A DNA stretch of 52,576 nucleotides from a virus. Its lineage: Duplodnaviria; Caudoviricetes. Shown here in pieces: positions 1 through 9,752 of this stretch; the stretch's first letter is position 1, and every line of letters begins with the position of its first letter. A program made the translations under genes and the position numbers. The DNA lies in the IMG/VR virus record IMGVR_UViG_3300025401_000039, positions 1 through 52,576 of that record; one strand, given 5' to 3'. The notes below the pieces were generated by a model. It saw only the letters and a program-made list of their open reading frames with translations. It was not told the DNA's origin and searched no databases.

Positions 1-1
1 A

Positions 2-685
2 GGTGCAAAAATTAAAGCCGATGGTATCATGGGGCCAGCTACACAAGCGGCTATTAAACAATTTGGTGGTAGTGCACCAGCGGCTGCACCAGCTGGCACT
101 ACGGCACCTACGGCACCTACGGCACCTACGGCACCTACGGCACCTACGGCACCAGCAGCAACACCGGCACCAGCGGCTCCTACAGGAGATGCCGCTAAGA
201 ATCCAGTCGGTACTACTAACGCGGCAACCGCAATTCCGACAGGTGGTTTAGAAAATCCAGCTAATCAAGCAAAACCTACTCCTGCACCTGCGGCGGCACC
301 TGCTGGCGCACCTGCAAATGTTACAGCACAAGGTTCTGAATTTGGAACAGATGCTACATTTGCCAAGCCAGATGCTGCACCTGCGACAGGCCAAGCGGCA
401 CAAAAACGAGTTTATAATGGTCCGCGTGACACAGTTGGACATATGGCGACGGCACCTGCGGCAGCACCTGCGGCAGCACCTGCAGCTGCACCTGCAGCTG
501 CACCAGCAAAAAGCGAAGCTGAAAAAGCTGACGATGCACAATATGCGGCAGCCGACGCTCAAAATCAAGCGAATGCGGTAAAAACAACCCAAGAAATGCC
601 AGCCGGGCCAGCAGCAATGGGCGAAAGTACTAGCTTCCGTAATGACGAATTGACTAGAATTGTTAATTTGGTACACTATCGTTGA
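2..685 (+). CDS. Partial (5' end outside window) protein with peptidoglycan-binding motif and Ala/Pro/Thr-rich linker
   Basis: Frame open from position 2: GAKIKADGIMGPATQAAIKQF resembles the PG_binding_1 DG-x-x-GP-x-T-x-x-A motif, followed by TAP/APAA repeats. Confidence 0.6.
   Translation, partial: GAKIKADGIMGPATQAAIKQFGGSAPAAAPAGTTAPTAPTAPTAPTAPTAPAATPAPAAPTGDAAKNPVGTTNAATAIPTGGLENPANQAKPTPAPAAAPAGAPANVTAQGSEFGTDATFAKPDAAPATGQAAQKRVYNGPRDTVGHMATAPAAAPAAAPAAAPAAAPAKSEAEKADDAQYAAADAQNQANAVKTTQEMPAGPAAMGESTSFRNDELTRIVNLVHYR
101..154 (+). repeat. 9-bp tandem repeat ACGGCACCT x6 (TAP)n
   Basis: Read directly; last copy ACGGCACCA. A 12-bp (APAA)n repeat follows at about 452-499. Confidence 0.9.
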
Positions 686-721
686 TTGAGTAAAATACTC
701 GTATTTTCAGCAAGATTTCTC

Positions 722-750
722 TTGCAATGCTAAATAAAAGCGTATACAAT
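722..750 (+). promoter_or_regulatory. sigma70-type promoter for the gp32 operon
   Basis: TTGCAA-17bp-TACAAT; overlaps hairpin AAAGCGTATACA...TGTATGCGCTTT. Confidence 0.55.
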
Positions 751-838
751 AACATGTATGCGCTTTTTGTTTATGTAGATCATAAATGAATATTAGGCAA
801 ATAAAAAAGCACATAAAGGCTAACAATAGGAGAATATT

Positions 839-1822
839 ATGGCAACTTTAGCTGAAATTAGAGCAAAACTTAAGGCATCGGAATCAAAAGGTTCTGGAGA
901 AAGAACAGGCGGAGATAAATCAATTTATCCGTTTTGGAACTTAAAAGAAGGTAGCGAATCCGTTATGCGATTCTTACCAGACGGCAACACAGATAACACA
1001 TTTTTCTGGGTTGAACGTGCAATGATCAAACTTCCCTTTGCAGGTATCAAAGGCGAATCAGAAAGCAAAAACATCACAGTACAAGTACCATGCGTTGAAA
1101 TGTATGGCGACACTTGTCCTATTCTTTCAGAAGTACGTGGATGGTTTAAAGATCCAGCATTGGAAGATATGGGTCGTAAATACTGGAAAAAGCGTTCATA
1201 CATTTTCCAAGGATTTGTTGTTGAGGACGGTCTAGGCGAAAAGGCTGAAGAACAGCCAGAAAATCCAATACGTAGATTTATTATCGGCCCACAAATCTTT
1301 ACAAGCATCCGTGCTGCTTTGGTTGATCCAGAGTTGGAAGATTTGCCAACTGACTACGTGCATGGTCTAGACTATCGCATGAAGAAAGGTAGCAAAGGCG
1401 GTTATGCTGACTACTCAACATCTAGTTGGGCACGTCGTGAGCGTCCATTGAGCGATGCTGAACAGGCTGCTATTTCTCAATATGGTTTATATAACTTACA
1501 AGACTTTTTGCCTAAGAAACCTGGCGAAGTTGAGTTAAAGGTTATGAAAGAAATGTTTGAAGCATCAGTCGACGGCGAACCATATGATATGGAACGTTGG
1601 GGACAATATTTCAAACCAGCAGGGATGAGCCAAAATACTGGAGATCCTGTTAAGTCAACTCCTAAAGCATCTTCACCAGCAACAGATGACATCGACGAAG
1701 ACGATACACCAGTATCTAAGTCGACACCTGCACCAAAAGCAAGTGCTCCGACATCTACAGAGGGTGGCGATTCACGTGCTCAAGATATCTTGGCAATGAT
1801 TCGCAATCGTCAAAAACAATAA
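839..1822 (+). CDS. gp32: T4 gp32-like single-stranded DNA-binding protein
   Basis: RFLPD, CVEMYGDTCPI, YWKKRSY, KGGYADYSTSSW motifs; acidic tail; upstream of UvsX. Confidence 0.9.
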   Translation: MATLAEIRAKLKASESKGSGERTGGDKSIYPFWNLKEGSESVMRFLPDGNTDNTFFWVERAMIKLPFAGIKGESESKNITVQVPCVEMYGDTCPILSEVRGWFKDPALEDMGRKYWKKRSYIFQGFVVEDGLGEKAEEQPENPIRRFIIGPQIFTSIRAALVDPELEDLPTDYVHGLDYRMKKGSKGGYADYSTSSWARRERPLSDAEQAAISQYGLYNLQDFLPKKPGEVELKVMKEMFEASVDGEPYDMERWGQYFKPAGMSQNTGDPVKSTPKASSPATDDIDEDDTPVSKSTPAPKASAPTSTEGGDSRAQDILAMIRNRQKQ

Positions 1823-1884
1823 TCGGTTAGGGCCTCTACAACTTAGTTGTACGCCCTAGTCATCTACAAAAACAGGAGAATTAA

Positions 1885-2076
1885 ATGGCTAAATTAAGCA
1901 AACTAAGCAAAGTAAATGAATCAATTACTATTAACCGTTATGATAATGGCTTTATGGTAGAAGTTGGTGGTCGTGATGACGAAAGCGAGTGGAAGACCGC
2001 AAAAGTTCTTTGTAGTACAGAAGAAGAAATGCTTGCTGTAGTACAAGAATGGAACACAATGGACTTGGATAACTAA
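1885..2076 (+). CDS. Small hypothetical protein
   Basis: 63-aa ORF with AGGAG SD. Confidence 0.75.
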   Translation: MAKLSKLSKVNESITINRYDNGFMVEVGGRDDESEWKTAKVLCSTEEEMLAVVQEWNTMDLDN

Positions 2077-2077
2077 T

Positions 2078-3133
2078 ATGGCAACTAAAGCGTTTGATTT
2101 ATCAAAGTTTAGAAAAACTTTGACCAAGTCAATTGACGGACTTGGAGTAGGATTCAATGATCCTACAGATTGGGTTAGTACAGGCAACTACACACTTAAT
2201 TATTTAATTAGTGGCGACTTCCATAAAGGAGTCCCACTAGGTAAAGTAACTGTGTTTGCCGGCGAAAGCGGTGCAGGTAAAAGTTTTATCTGTTCGGGTA
2301 ATCTAGTACGTAATGCACAAGCTCAAGGCATTTATGTTATCTTAGTTGATACAGAAAATGCGTTAGATGAAAAGTGGTTACACGATTTAGGTGTGGATAC
2401 TAGCGAAGATAAACTTCTTAAACTCAACATGGCCATGATCGATGATGTGGCTAAAACTATTCATGAGTTTATGAAAGAATATAAAGAAATGACTGAACGA
2501 CCAAAAGTCCTGTTTGTCATAGACAGCTTGGGTATGTTACTTACTCCTACTGACATTAATCAATTTGAAGCAGGTGACCTTAAAGGTGATATGGGTCGTA
2601 AACCTAAAGCACTTACAGCACTTGTTCGTAACTGTGTAAACATGTTTGGTAATTATAATGTTGGTATGGTATGTACTAATCATACATACGCAAGCCAAGA
2701 TATGTTTGATCCAGATGACAAAATTTCAGGCGGTCAAGGATTCGTTTATGCAAGTTCTATCGTGGTTGCTATGAAGAAGTTAAAGTTGAAAGAAGACGAA
2801 GACGGCAACAAAACTAGCGAGGTAAATGGTATTCGTGCAGCATGCAAAATTATGAAAACACGTTATGCTAAACCGTTCGAGTCAGTGCAAATTAAAATTC
2901 CATATGAAACTGGAATGAATCCTTATAGCGGTATGGTTGATATGCTTGAAAAGCAAGGACTTCTTGTACAACAAGGTAATCGTTTAAAATATGTTGATCC
3001 AACTACTGGAGAAGAAACCTTATTGTACCGAAAAGAATGGAAAGATGATAAATTAGATATGGTAATGGCAAATTATCATTTAAAAATTAAACCAACTACC
3101 ATTCCAGAGGAGATAGAAGAGAATGTTGAATGA
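2078..3133 (+). CDS. uvsX: RecA-like recombinase UvsX
   Basis: Walker A GESGAGKS, DTENA, VIDSLG, GGQGFVYASS; T4-type context. Confidence 0.93.
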   Translation: MATKAFDLSKFRKTLTKSIDGLGVGFNDPTDWVSTGNYTLNYLISGDFHKGVPLGKVTVFAGESGAGKSFICSGNLVRNAQAQGIYVILVDTENALDEKWLHDLGVDTSEDKLLKLNMAMIDDVAKTIHEFMKEYKEMTERPKVLFVIDSLGMLLTPTDINQFEAGDLKGDMGRKPKALTALVRNCVNMFGNYNVGMVCTNHTYASQDMFDPDDKISGGQGFVYASSIVVAMKKLKLKEDEDGNKTSEVNGIRAACKIMKTRYAKPFESVQIKIPYETGMNPYSGMVDMLEKQGLLVQQGNRLKYVDPTTGEETLLYRKEWKDDKLDMVMANYHLKIKPTTIPEEIEENVE

Positions 3134-3362
3134 AACACAAGTGGGCGATATTTGGCTAAACTTTGTTGAGTATATTGATAAAAAACAATTAGAAACAGTA
3201 GCAGAACGCTATGTTGATCTATTGGCAGATTTCGGTGTACCGGATAAAGTTTTTAAAGAAGCATTAGGTGTAGACGAAACACTTGATCAAGCAATCGGAT
3301 ATTATCTCAATGATGACGAAGATATCGAAGATGACGAAGATTACGGCGAATTGGAGTTTTAA
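3123..3362 (+). CDS. Small acidic hypothetical protein
   Basis: 79-aa ORF coupled between uvsX and uvsY. Confidence 0.75.
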   Translation: MLNETQVGDIWLNFVEYIDKKQLETVAERYVDLLADFGVPDKVFKEALGVDETLDQAIGYYLNDDEDIEDDEDYGELEF

Positions 3363-3817
3363 TGGGTTGGTATTCTGAAGTTAGTAAAGATATTTCTAAA
3401 ATTCCAGATGCCGTTGATTACTTTAACGATCAGTTAATTGATGCAGCTAAAGAATGTAAGATTGTTGGAAATGTTGAACGTGCCGCGGCATCGATGCCAG
3501 GCATTGTCGAGCATAGATTCGGTCAATTACAAGAAATTGAAGCAATTTTAGAATACCTTAACATTGAATTAAGACGTCTTAAGAGTCAACATTTTCGTAA
3601 ATACTTGGAAAACTATCAACGTGCCTTAAGTAGTCAAGATTGCCATCGTTATGTAGAAGGTGAAGCAGATGTTGTTGACTTTGAAAAAATTATCAACGAA
3701 TTTGCTTTACTACGTAATAAGTGGTTAGGTATTACTAAAGCACTTGATCAGAAACAATGGCAAATCACAAATATTGTGAAGCTACGTGTTGCTGGTATGG
3801 AAGATGCAACTTTATAA
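3362..3817 (+). CDS. uvsY: Recombination mediator UvsY-like
   Basis: Helical 151 aa ending KALDQKQWQITNIVKLRVAG; synteny with uvsX/uvsW. Confidence 0.8.
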   Translation: MGWYSEVSKDISKIPDAVDYFNDQLIDAAKECKIVGNVERAAASMPGIVEHRFGQLQEIEAILEYLNIELRRLKSQHFRKYLENYQRALSSQDCHRYVEGEADVVDFEKIINEFALLRNKWLGITKALDQKQWQITNIVKLRVAGMEDATL

Positions 3818-3839
3818 TCAATTTGCCCAAAAGGTACAC

Positions 3840-3874
3840 AATAGGCCTTAAATAATATTGAGGCCTATTTTTTT
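3840..3874 (+). terminator. Rho-independent terminator
   Basis: AATAGGCCT...AGGCCTATT stem plus T run. Confidence 0.8.
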
Positions 3875-3920
3875 CTAATTGGTTGACCTTTAACAATCGT
3901 TAGTGTACACTTACTTTATT

Positions 3921-5111
3921 ATGACTGTAGATAACTTATTAATTAAAATTTCTAATGCAACTAACCCTGCCATTGAAGACCAAATATCTGGTCGAGATTG
4001 CAAAGTGTTACGTAGCCTTGCATCTTCTGTAAATTCGCATATTTTTATCACAGAAAATCAAAGTCGATTGCTAGTCAAAATTCTTCGAGAAAATTCTGAA
4101 AAAATCAAGAATTTTTCAGAAGAAATTAAAACCACATTATCTGATATTTCTTGGTCTAAACCTTTTAGACACATAGAACAAATTAAAAAACTTTATATTA
4201 AAAAGAACGAAGAGCAAGAATCCATACTTTTTATAGAAATGTCATTTTCTCAAGAAATTCGTCAAATTTTGACAAATTTGACAAAAACTACAGATGGGCT
4301 TACTTCGCACGTAAACACTAAAAATTGGCAATGCGAGCTGACTGAAAAAAATATCGTTGCTCTATATGAAGCTCTCAGTCCGTTTGAGTTTGAAATTGAC
4401 GAAGCTATTACAGACTACTATAAAACCATAAAATCATGGTCGAAAACCGAAATTTTTGACCAATTTTTAATCACCGACATTGAACATAAAAATTTTCAAA
4501 AAGCTATTACCGATGACTTAGGGCTGTCAACATCGATTGATCAAAATATCATCAATGACCGAAGTATGCGATACCAGTACTTGGTCGAAAATGCAAAAAA
4601 TCCAGGTGAAAATTTAACAGAGTACATTGCTAACCGGTCAAAAACCAGAGTATATGTGGACAAAAAAACTCATTCAATTTCAGATACCATAGAGTCTTTG
4701 GTCAATTTACGTAGATTACCATTATTGGTTGTATTTGACACTTATGTGAATAACAAGTATTTTGAAAATTTACAAATTTTATCAGAAGCCCTGGAAAATA
4801 ATGGAATTTTTGATCGAATTGGTGTATATTTTAGATTACCCAATGACGAGACTGGAAAACATTTTAATCAGTTAATCAAAGAAAAAGAATATAATTACAG
4901 ACTAGATGACGACACACAAGTAGCTGTTGTAATGAGCGGGAAATTACCGAAATTTTTCTTAACTAATGCATGGAAGCCGATGAGCGTACTTGCTTTGGAT
5001 ACTAAAATGGGTTTACGTCACGGCAAAACTAGTGTATACTCTAACTGTTGCGATTTAATAGTCGAGTGGGCAGACGAGCCAGTTACTATGGATCTTAGAA
5101 TAAAAATATGA
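3921..5111 (+). CDS. Hypothetical protein
   Basis: Long ORF; TTGACC-17-TACACT promoter at 3883-3911 favours ATG 3921. Confidence 0.75.
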   Translation: MTVDNLLIKISNATNPAIEDQISGRDCKVLRSLASSVNSHIFITENQSRLLVKILRENSEKIKNFSEEIKTTLSDISWSKPFRHIEQIKKLYIKKNEEQESILFIEMSFSQEIRQILTNLTKTTDGLTSHVNTKNWQCELTEKNIVALYEALSPFEFEIDEAITDYYKTIKSWSKTEIFDQFLITDIEHKNFQKAITDDLGLSTSIDQNIINDRSMRYQYLVENAKNPGENLTEYIANRSKTRVYVDKKTHSISDTIESLVNLRRLPLLVVFDTYVNNKYFENLQILSEALENNGIFDRIGVYFRLPNDETGKHFNQLIKEKEYNYRLDDDTQVAVVMSGKLPKFFLTNAWKPMSVLALDTKMGLRHGKTSVYSNCCDLIVEWADEPVTMDLRIKI

Positions 5112-6574
5112 CTGTAAAATTAGTAATTAGAGACGAAGTAAATATCAAACTTGAAGGCTTACCGTTGGAAGCTCGAAAGAAATTAGCAAATACATTCAAA
5201 TATGTAGATCCAACGGCACGCTATCGCCCAGCTTATAAATTAGGTCGTTGGGACGGCAAAGTTAGCATGTTTGGACTTGGGGGTAACGGTTACTTGAGTC
5301 AATTAGAAAGAGTACTTGCGGTATTATCCGACATGGATATAGACATCGATGAATTAGAAGATTTGCGTACTACTAAAAAAATATCGTTTGAACCAGTAAC
5401 AGAAACATACTGGGCCGATCAAGGTAAAGTATGGCCAAAAGGTCATCAACAAGAAGGCAAACCTATTATGTTGCGTGATTATCAAGTCGAAGCAATTAAT
5501 AGATTTTTCGAAAATACACAAAGTCTTCAAGAAATTGCAACAGGCGCAGGCAAAACAATTACTACAGCAACACTAAGTCATTGTGCTGAAAAATATGGAA
5601 GAACTATTACGATTGTTCCTAATAAAAGTCTTGTTGAACAAACAGAAGAAGATTTCATCAACGTAGGACTAGATGTAGGTGTATACTACGGGGACAGAAA
5701 AGATCTAAACAAAACACATACAATCTGCACTTGGCAAAGTCTTAATATTTTAGATAAAAAAAGTAAAAATCACGAGTATGATATTGTATCGTTAGCTGAA
5801 TTTTTAGATGGTGTTAGAACGGTGATAGTAGACGAAGTTCATATGGCAAAAGCAGATGTACTCAAAAATTTACTTACACAAAATCTATGTAATGCACCTA
5901 TACGTTGGGGATTAACTGGAACAGTTCCTAAAGGAGACTTTGAAGCAGAACCTATTTTTGCCAGTCTTGGGCCAGTTGTTGGTGGAATTAAAGCTCACGA
6001 ATTGCAAGAAATGGGTGTGCTATCAGCATGCCATGTTAATGTAGTACAGATGATAGATTTACCAGAGTTTAAGACATATCAAGAAGAATTAAAATATCTT
6101 GTTACTGAAGAAAACAGGATGATATATATCAGCAATTTAATTAAAAAAATATCACAATCAGGCAACACATTAGTTCTAGTTAATAGAATAGATTCAGGCA
6201 AATTTTTAGTAAATGAAATACCAGATTCAGTTTTTATATCAGGGGCGGTCAAAACTACTGATAGAAAAGAAGAATATGATGAAATTAAAACAAGCGATAA
6301 TAAAGTAATTGTTGCAACATTCGGTGTTGCTGCGGTTGGAATTAATATTCCCCGTATTTTTAATTTGATTTTATTAGAACCAGGAAAATCATTTGTTAGA
6401 GTTATACAAAGTATAGGCAGAGGCATCCGTAAGGCAGAAGATAAGGATTTTGTACAAATCTGGGATCTAACCAGTACTTGTAAGTGGGCAAAGCGCCATC
6501 TTACAGAAAGAAAGAAATTTTACAAGGAAGCCAAGTATCCATTTACTTTAGATAAAGTGGATTGGCAAAAATAA
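5108..6574 (+). CDS. uvsW: SF2 DNA helicase UvsW
   Basis: LRDYQ, ATGAGKT, DEVH, GLTGT, QSIGRGIR. Confidence 0.92.
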   Translation: MTVKLVIRDEVNIKLEGLPLEARKKLANTFKYVDPTARYRPAYKLGRWDGKVSMFGLGGNGYLSQLERVLAVLSDMDIDIDELEDLRTTKKISFEPVTETYWADQGKVWPKGHQQEGKPIMLRDYQVEAINRFFENTQSLQEIATGAGKTITTATLSHCAEKYGRTITIVPNKSLVEQTEEDFINVGLDVGVYYGDRKDLNKTHTICTWQSLNILDKKSKNHEYDIVSLAEFLDGVRTVIVDEVHMAKADVLKNLLTQNLCNAPIRWGLTGTVPKGDFEAEPIFASLGPVVGGIKAHELQEMGVLSACHVNVVQMIDLPEFKTYQEELKYLVTEENRMIYISNLIKKISQSGNTLVLVNRIDSGKFLVNEIPDSVFISGAVKTTDRKEEYDEIKTSDNKVIVATFGVAAVGINIPRIFNLILLEPGKSFVRVIQSIGRGIRKAEDKDFVQIWDLTSTCKWAKRHLTERKKFYKEAKYPFTLDKVDWQK

Positions 6575-6580
6575 GGAACT

Positions 6581-7087
6581 ATGCAGATACTAACATTAGA
6601 TAACGAAATGTTTTCGTTGAACAATTTACCCGAGGAGGTAGACGAAAATACACGTTTTGCGGTATTAGATAACAGTGATCCCAATTCGCCTGATTTCTTT
6701 TTTATGCCGTTAATATTTTTAGAAAGTTTTAATGCTCCAGCAATTGTATTGCAAATTGGAGATAATGAAGTTACTATGCCGATAGATTGGAGCATAGCGG
6801 TCGGAGATAGTTCAAGTAGTTGTGATATCGAAGTATTACCGTTAACTAGCTTAAATGATCGAGGATTTGAAGCACTATGTTTTAATCCATTAAGTAGTTT
6901 TAGAATCGAATTTAAACCTATTAAAATACTTAACTTTTATAACGATGTAAAATGGTATTTTCCTAAAATGAAGAATGGACAACTACTAGCTACTCCTACA
7001 AGTACCGGGTCAAAACCAGATTGTGTTTATTTTGTTAAAGAAATATCACGACAAAGCGAATTAATTCAATTGGATAAACTATTATGA
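6581..7087 (+). CDS. Hypothetical protein, possibly degenerate Hint-like fold
   Basis: 168-aa beta-rich ORF with AAGGA SD; fold is inference only. Confidence 0.65.
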   Translation: MQILTLDNEMFSLNNLPEEVDENTRFAVLDNSDPNSPDFFFMPLIFLESFNAPAIVLQIGDNEVTMPIDWSIAVGDSSSSCDIEVLPLTSLNDRGFEALCFNPLSSFRIEFKPIKILNFYNDVKWYFPKMKNGQLLATPTSTGSKPDCVYFVKEISRQSELIQLDKLL

Positions 7088-7722
7088 CATTAAAGATAGC
7101 ATATTTTCAACCTACTATAATTTGTATAGATAATGTTCCTCCGCAGGAATATAGTAAAATGTATACACTAGTAGATGCAATGCACTTGCAAGATGGCGCC
7201 AATGATGCGGGAGATCCGACTATTAGTGTTAGAGGTGGACATCAGGTACAAATTTTCCCTAATGATAAAGATGTTGATGTGACATGGTTAATCAAATACA
7301 TTAAAGGTATTTGTCAAGGTTATATGGAAATTGTAACTCAACAATCCGGCGCAGAAGATCTTAAGTTGTGCGATATTGTTGTTACTAGTATTTGGACTAT
7401 TAGACAATATCCTGGAGATTACCAAGAAATGCATAGCCATCCTGCTGGAAATATCAGCGGGAATGTATACATCAGTGCACCAGAATTAGTAGATAACAGT
7501 CAACCGAGTGATGCACAAATTTTATTTAGATTACCTGTAACTAAAGATGTAAACAGGTTTGTCATGACTGATACATGGAAATACGATCCTACACCGGGCA
7601 CAGTTTTAGTATTCCCAAGCCATATTCCACATACTGTGTATCCTTGGAAAGGCAATGGTACTCGGACAGTGTTAGCGTTCGATGCTAGATTAATTCCAAA
7701 AGAGGAATTGTTCCGTGGGTAA
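7084..7722 (+). CDS. 2OG-Fe(II) oxygenase-like protein
   Basis: HSH, FPSHIPHTV, R-T-V-L-A-F-D. Confidence 0.8.
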   Translation: MTLKIAYFQPTIICIDNVPPQEYSKMYTLVDAMHLQDGANDAGDPTISVRGGHQVQIFPNDKDVDVTWLIKYIKGICQGYMEIVTQQSGAEDLKLCDIVVTSIWTIRQYPGDYQEMHSHPAGNISGNVYISAPELVDNSQPSDAQILFRLPVTKDVNRFVMTDTWKYDPTPGTVLVFPSHIPHTVYPWKGNGTRTVLAFDARLIPKEELFRG

Positions 7723-8002
7723 TCTTAAACCAGGCGTAAACTACATTTATGAGCGCAACGGTACTGTTACGTATGCTCGCGAATTTGGTGCAGACCCTAG
7801 TACTAGAAAAGCAATTGGATGGGATTACGATCCCGAAGAATCGAAACGATTTGATGTGCGTAAGGAAATCGGCAATAAAGAATTAGCTGATCATAATGAA
7901 TGGATTAAAATTCGTCTAGCAGGAAAGAGCAATCCTGCCTTGCAAAAAGCTATAGATCGTGTTAAAATATTATATAAACTAAGTCAAGAAAAATATGAGT
8001 GA
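7715..8002 (+). CDS. Hypothetical protein
   Basis: 95-aa ORF overlapping neighbours. Confidence 0.7.
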   Translation: MGNLKPGVNYIYERNGTVTYAREFGADPSTRKAIGWDYDPEESKRFDVRKEIGNKELADHNEWIKIRLAGKSNPALQKAIDRVKILYKLSQEKYE

Positions 8003-8474
8003 TAAGATCGAATTAAAAGAAAAGATAGCATTTGTAGACATGAATGTTCGCGCGGCATGGGACGAAATGACTGTCGAACAACAAAAAAGTCTAAAAAGTG
8101 AATTCTTTATTTTAAACAGGTATCTTAGTAGTGCTCAAGATCAAAAAAGAGAAATACAGGAACATTTTGTATTAACTGTAAACGAATACTTTAATAAAAA
8201 TTGGAATGATTTACAAAAACATCCTAAATTATTATGGTTGTTATTGTGTATGTGTAGTTATAATGGCGAAAAAACATTTTACCATAATTGGATAGGGCCT
8301 AAGAAAAAAACAGGTACTGGCGGTAAGAGATATAAATTTTTAGAAGAAATTTATCCTAATCGTAAACGAGATGAGTTAGAGTTATTGGCTGAAATAACTA
8401 CAGACAAAGAAATGAAAGAGCTAGCAAGAAAATACGGAATGGACGAAGCAACCATAGCTAAAAAATTAAAATGA
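7995..8474 (+). CDS. Clamp-loader small subunit, gp62-like
   Basis: FILNRYLS...VNE...KLLW...WI pattern resembles T4 gp62. Confidence 0.6.
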   Translation: MSDKIELKEKIAFVDMNVRAAWDEMTVEQQKSLKSEFFILNRYLSSAQDQKREIQEHFVLTVNEYFNKNWNDLQKHPKLLWLLLCMCSYNGEKTFYHNWIGPKKKTGTGGKRYKFLEEIYPNRKRDELELLAEITTDKEMKELARKYGMDEATIAKKLK

Positions 8475-9166
8475 TGGCATTAGTTAATCAACCATATTCC
8501 TGTGGACATTGTAGCAAAGGCTTTATGCAAGAAAAGACTTTGTTTGTACATGTGTGTGAGCAAAAACGCAGGCATCTAGCACAAAAAGAAAAACATGTAG
8601 TTCTTGCGTTTGATACATTTCAAAAATTCTATAAAATAGTTCAACCCAATAGTAAACAGGAAAAAACATATGAAGATTTTTGTAAAAGCAGTTACTATAA
8701 TGCTTTTGTTAAGTTTGGCAGTTTTGTCAGCAATGTTAATCCTCTCTACCCGGAAAAATTTATCGATTATGTTGTCCGCTCTGGAGTCAAGCTCGACCAC
8801 TGGTGTAGAGATGAACTCTACACCCAATACGTACTCGACCTTATCAGAAGAGAAACCGCCGAAACCGCAACACAAAGATCGATCCAAACGATGATGGATT
8901 GGGCAGATGATCATAACGCACAATGGAATCATTATTTTTTATATGCTAGTCTAAGTAGAGCATGCTATGATATCAAAGATGGAAAACTTAGTCCTTGGTT
9001 AATCTTAAACAGTTCTAATGGAAAAGCTATGCTACAAAAATTTAGCGATGATCAATTAGGACATATACAAAATATTATTGATCCACAATTTTGGGTTAGC
9101 AAATTTAAAAAATTACCAGAAGATGTAATGTTTGTAAAAGAAGTTATTAAAGAGAGTAATATATAA
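8471..9166 (+). CDS. Protein with N-terminal zinc finger
   Basis: YSCGHCSKGF...HVC. Confidence 0.7.
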   Translation: MMALVNQPYSCGHCSKGFMQEKTLFVHVCEQKRRHLAQKEKHVVLAFDTFQKFYKIVQPNSKQEKTYEDFCKSSYYNAFVKFGSFVSNVNPLYPEKFIDYVVRSGVKLDHWCRDELYTQYVLDLIRRETAETATQRSIQTMMDWADDHNAQWNHYFLYASLSRACYDIKDGKLSPWLILNSSNGKAMLQKFSDDQLGHIQNIIDPQFWVSKFKKLPEDVMFVKEVIKESNI

Positions 9167-9750
9167 TGGGTGTTGAATTATTATTTCCTACAGCAATATA
9201 TACAGATAAAATAACTGAAATTGAAGAAACAAATGCCGATTTGTTATCTAAAATAAAAGCCATACAATCGACAACTAAATCAGGAAGCGAGATGTGGATT
9301 AGTCCTACATACAATACATTAGGCACACATGACATTTCTAAAGATATGGATTTTAAAATAATTGTAGAGACCATTACTGGACATGTAAACAATTTTGCCA
9401 AAATACTAGGTGTAGAACGCAACAAAAAGAAATATGTATGCACAGAAGCTTGGATTAATATTATGAAAAAATACGACTTCCAAGATTTTCATCATCACCA
9501 TAGTAGTACATTTTCGGCTGTTTATTATGTATCGGTGCCTGAAGGATCTTCTAATTTAGTTTTTGAAAGCCCGTTAGAGCCAGACATGTGTCCTGTTGCA
9601 GCTACTATACCTAACTACATGAATGTGATGACACACGATTTTATACCAAGTCCCGGTAGTCTTGTCATATTCAGAAGTTATGTTAGACATTGTGTTCCAA
9701 GACACTTAATCGATGATGAACGAATTTGTATTGCTTTTAATTTTAATTAA
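9166..9750 (+). CDS. 2OG-Fe(II) oxygenase-like protein
   Basis: WINI...HHH...SAVYYV...FRSYVRHCV...RICIAFN. Confidence 0.85.
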   Translation: MGVELLFPTAIYTDKITEIEETNADLLSKIKAIQSTTKSGSEMWISPTYNTLGTHDISKDMDFKIIVETITGHVNNFAKILGVERNKKKYVCTEAWINIMKKYDFQDFHHHHSSTFSAVYYVSVPEGSSNLVFESPLEPDMCPVAATIPNYMNVMTHDFIPSPGSLVIFRSYVRHCVPRHLIDDERICIAFNFN

Positions 9751-9752
9751 CT

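Noticed and set aside
3-676. Alternative-frame ORFs (3-251, 248-676, 318-581, 354-617)
   Set aside because: Shadows of the GC-rich repetitive Ala/Pro gene
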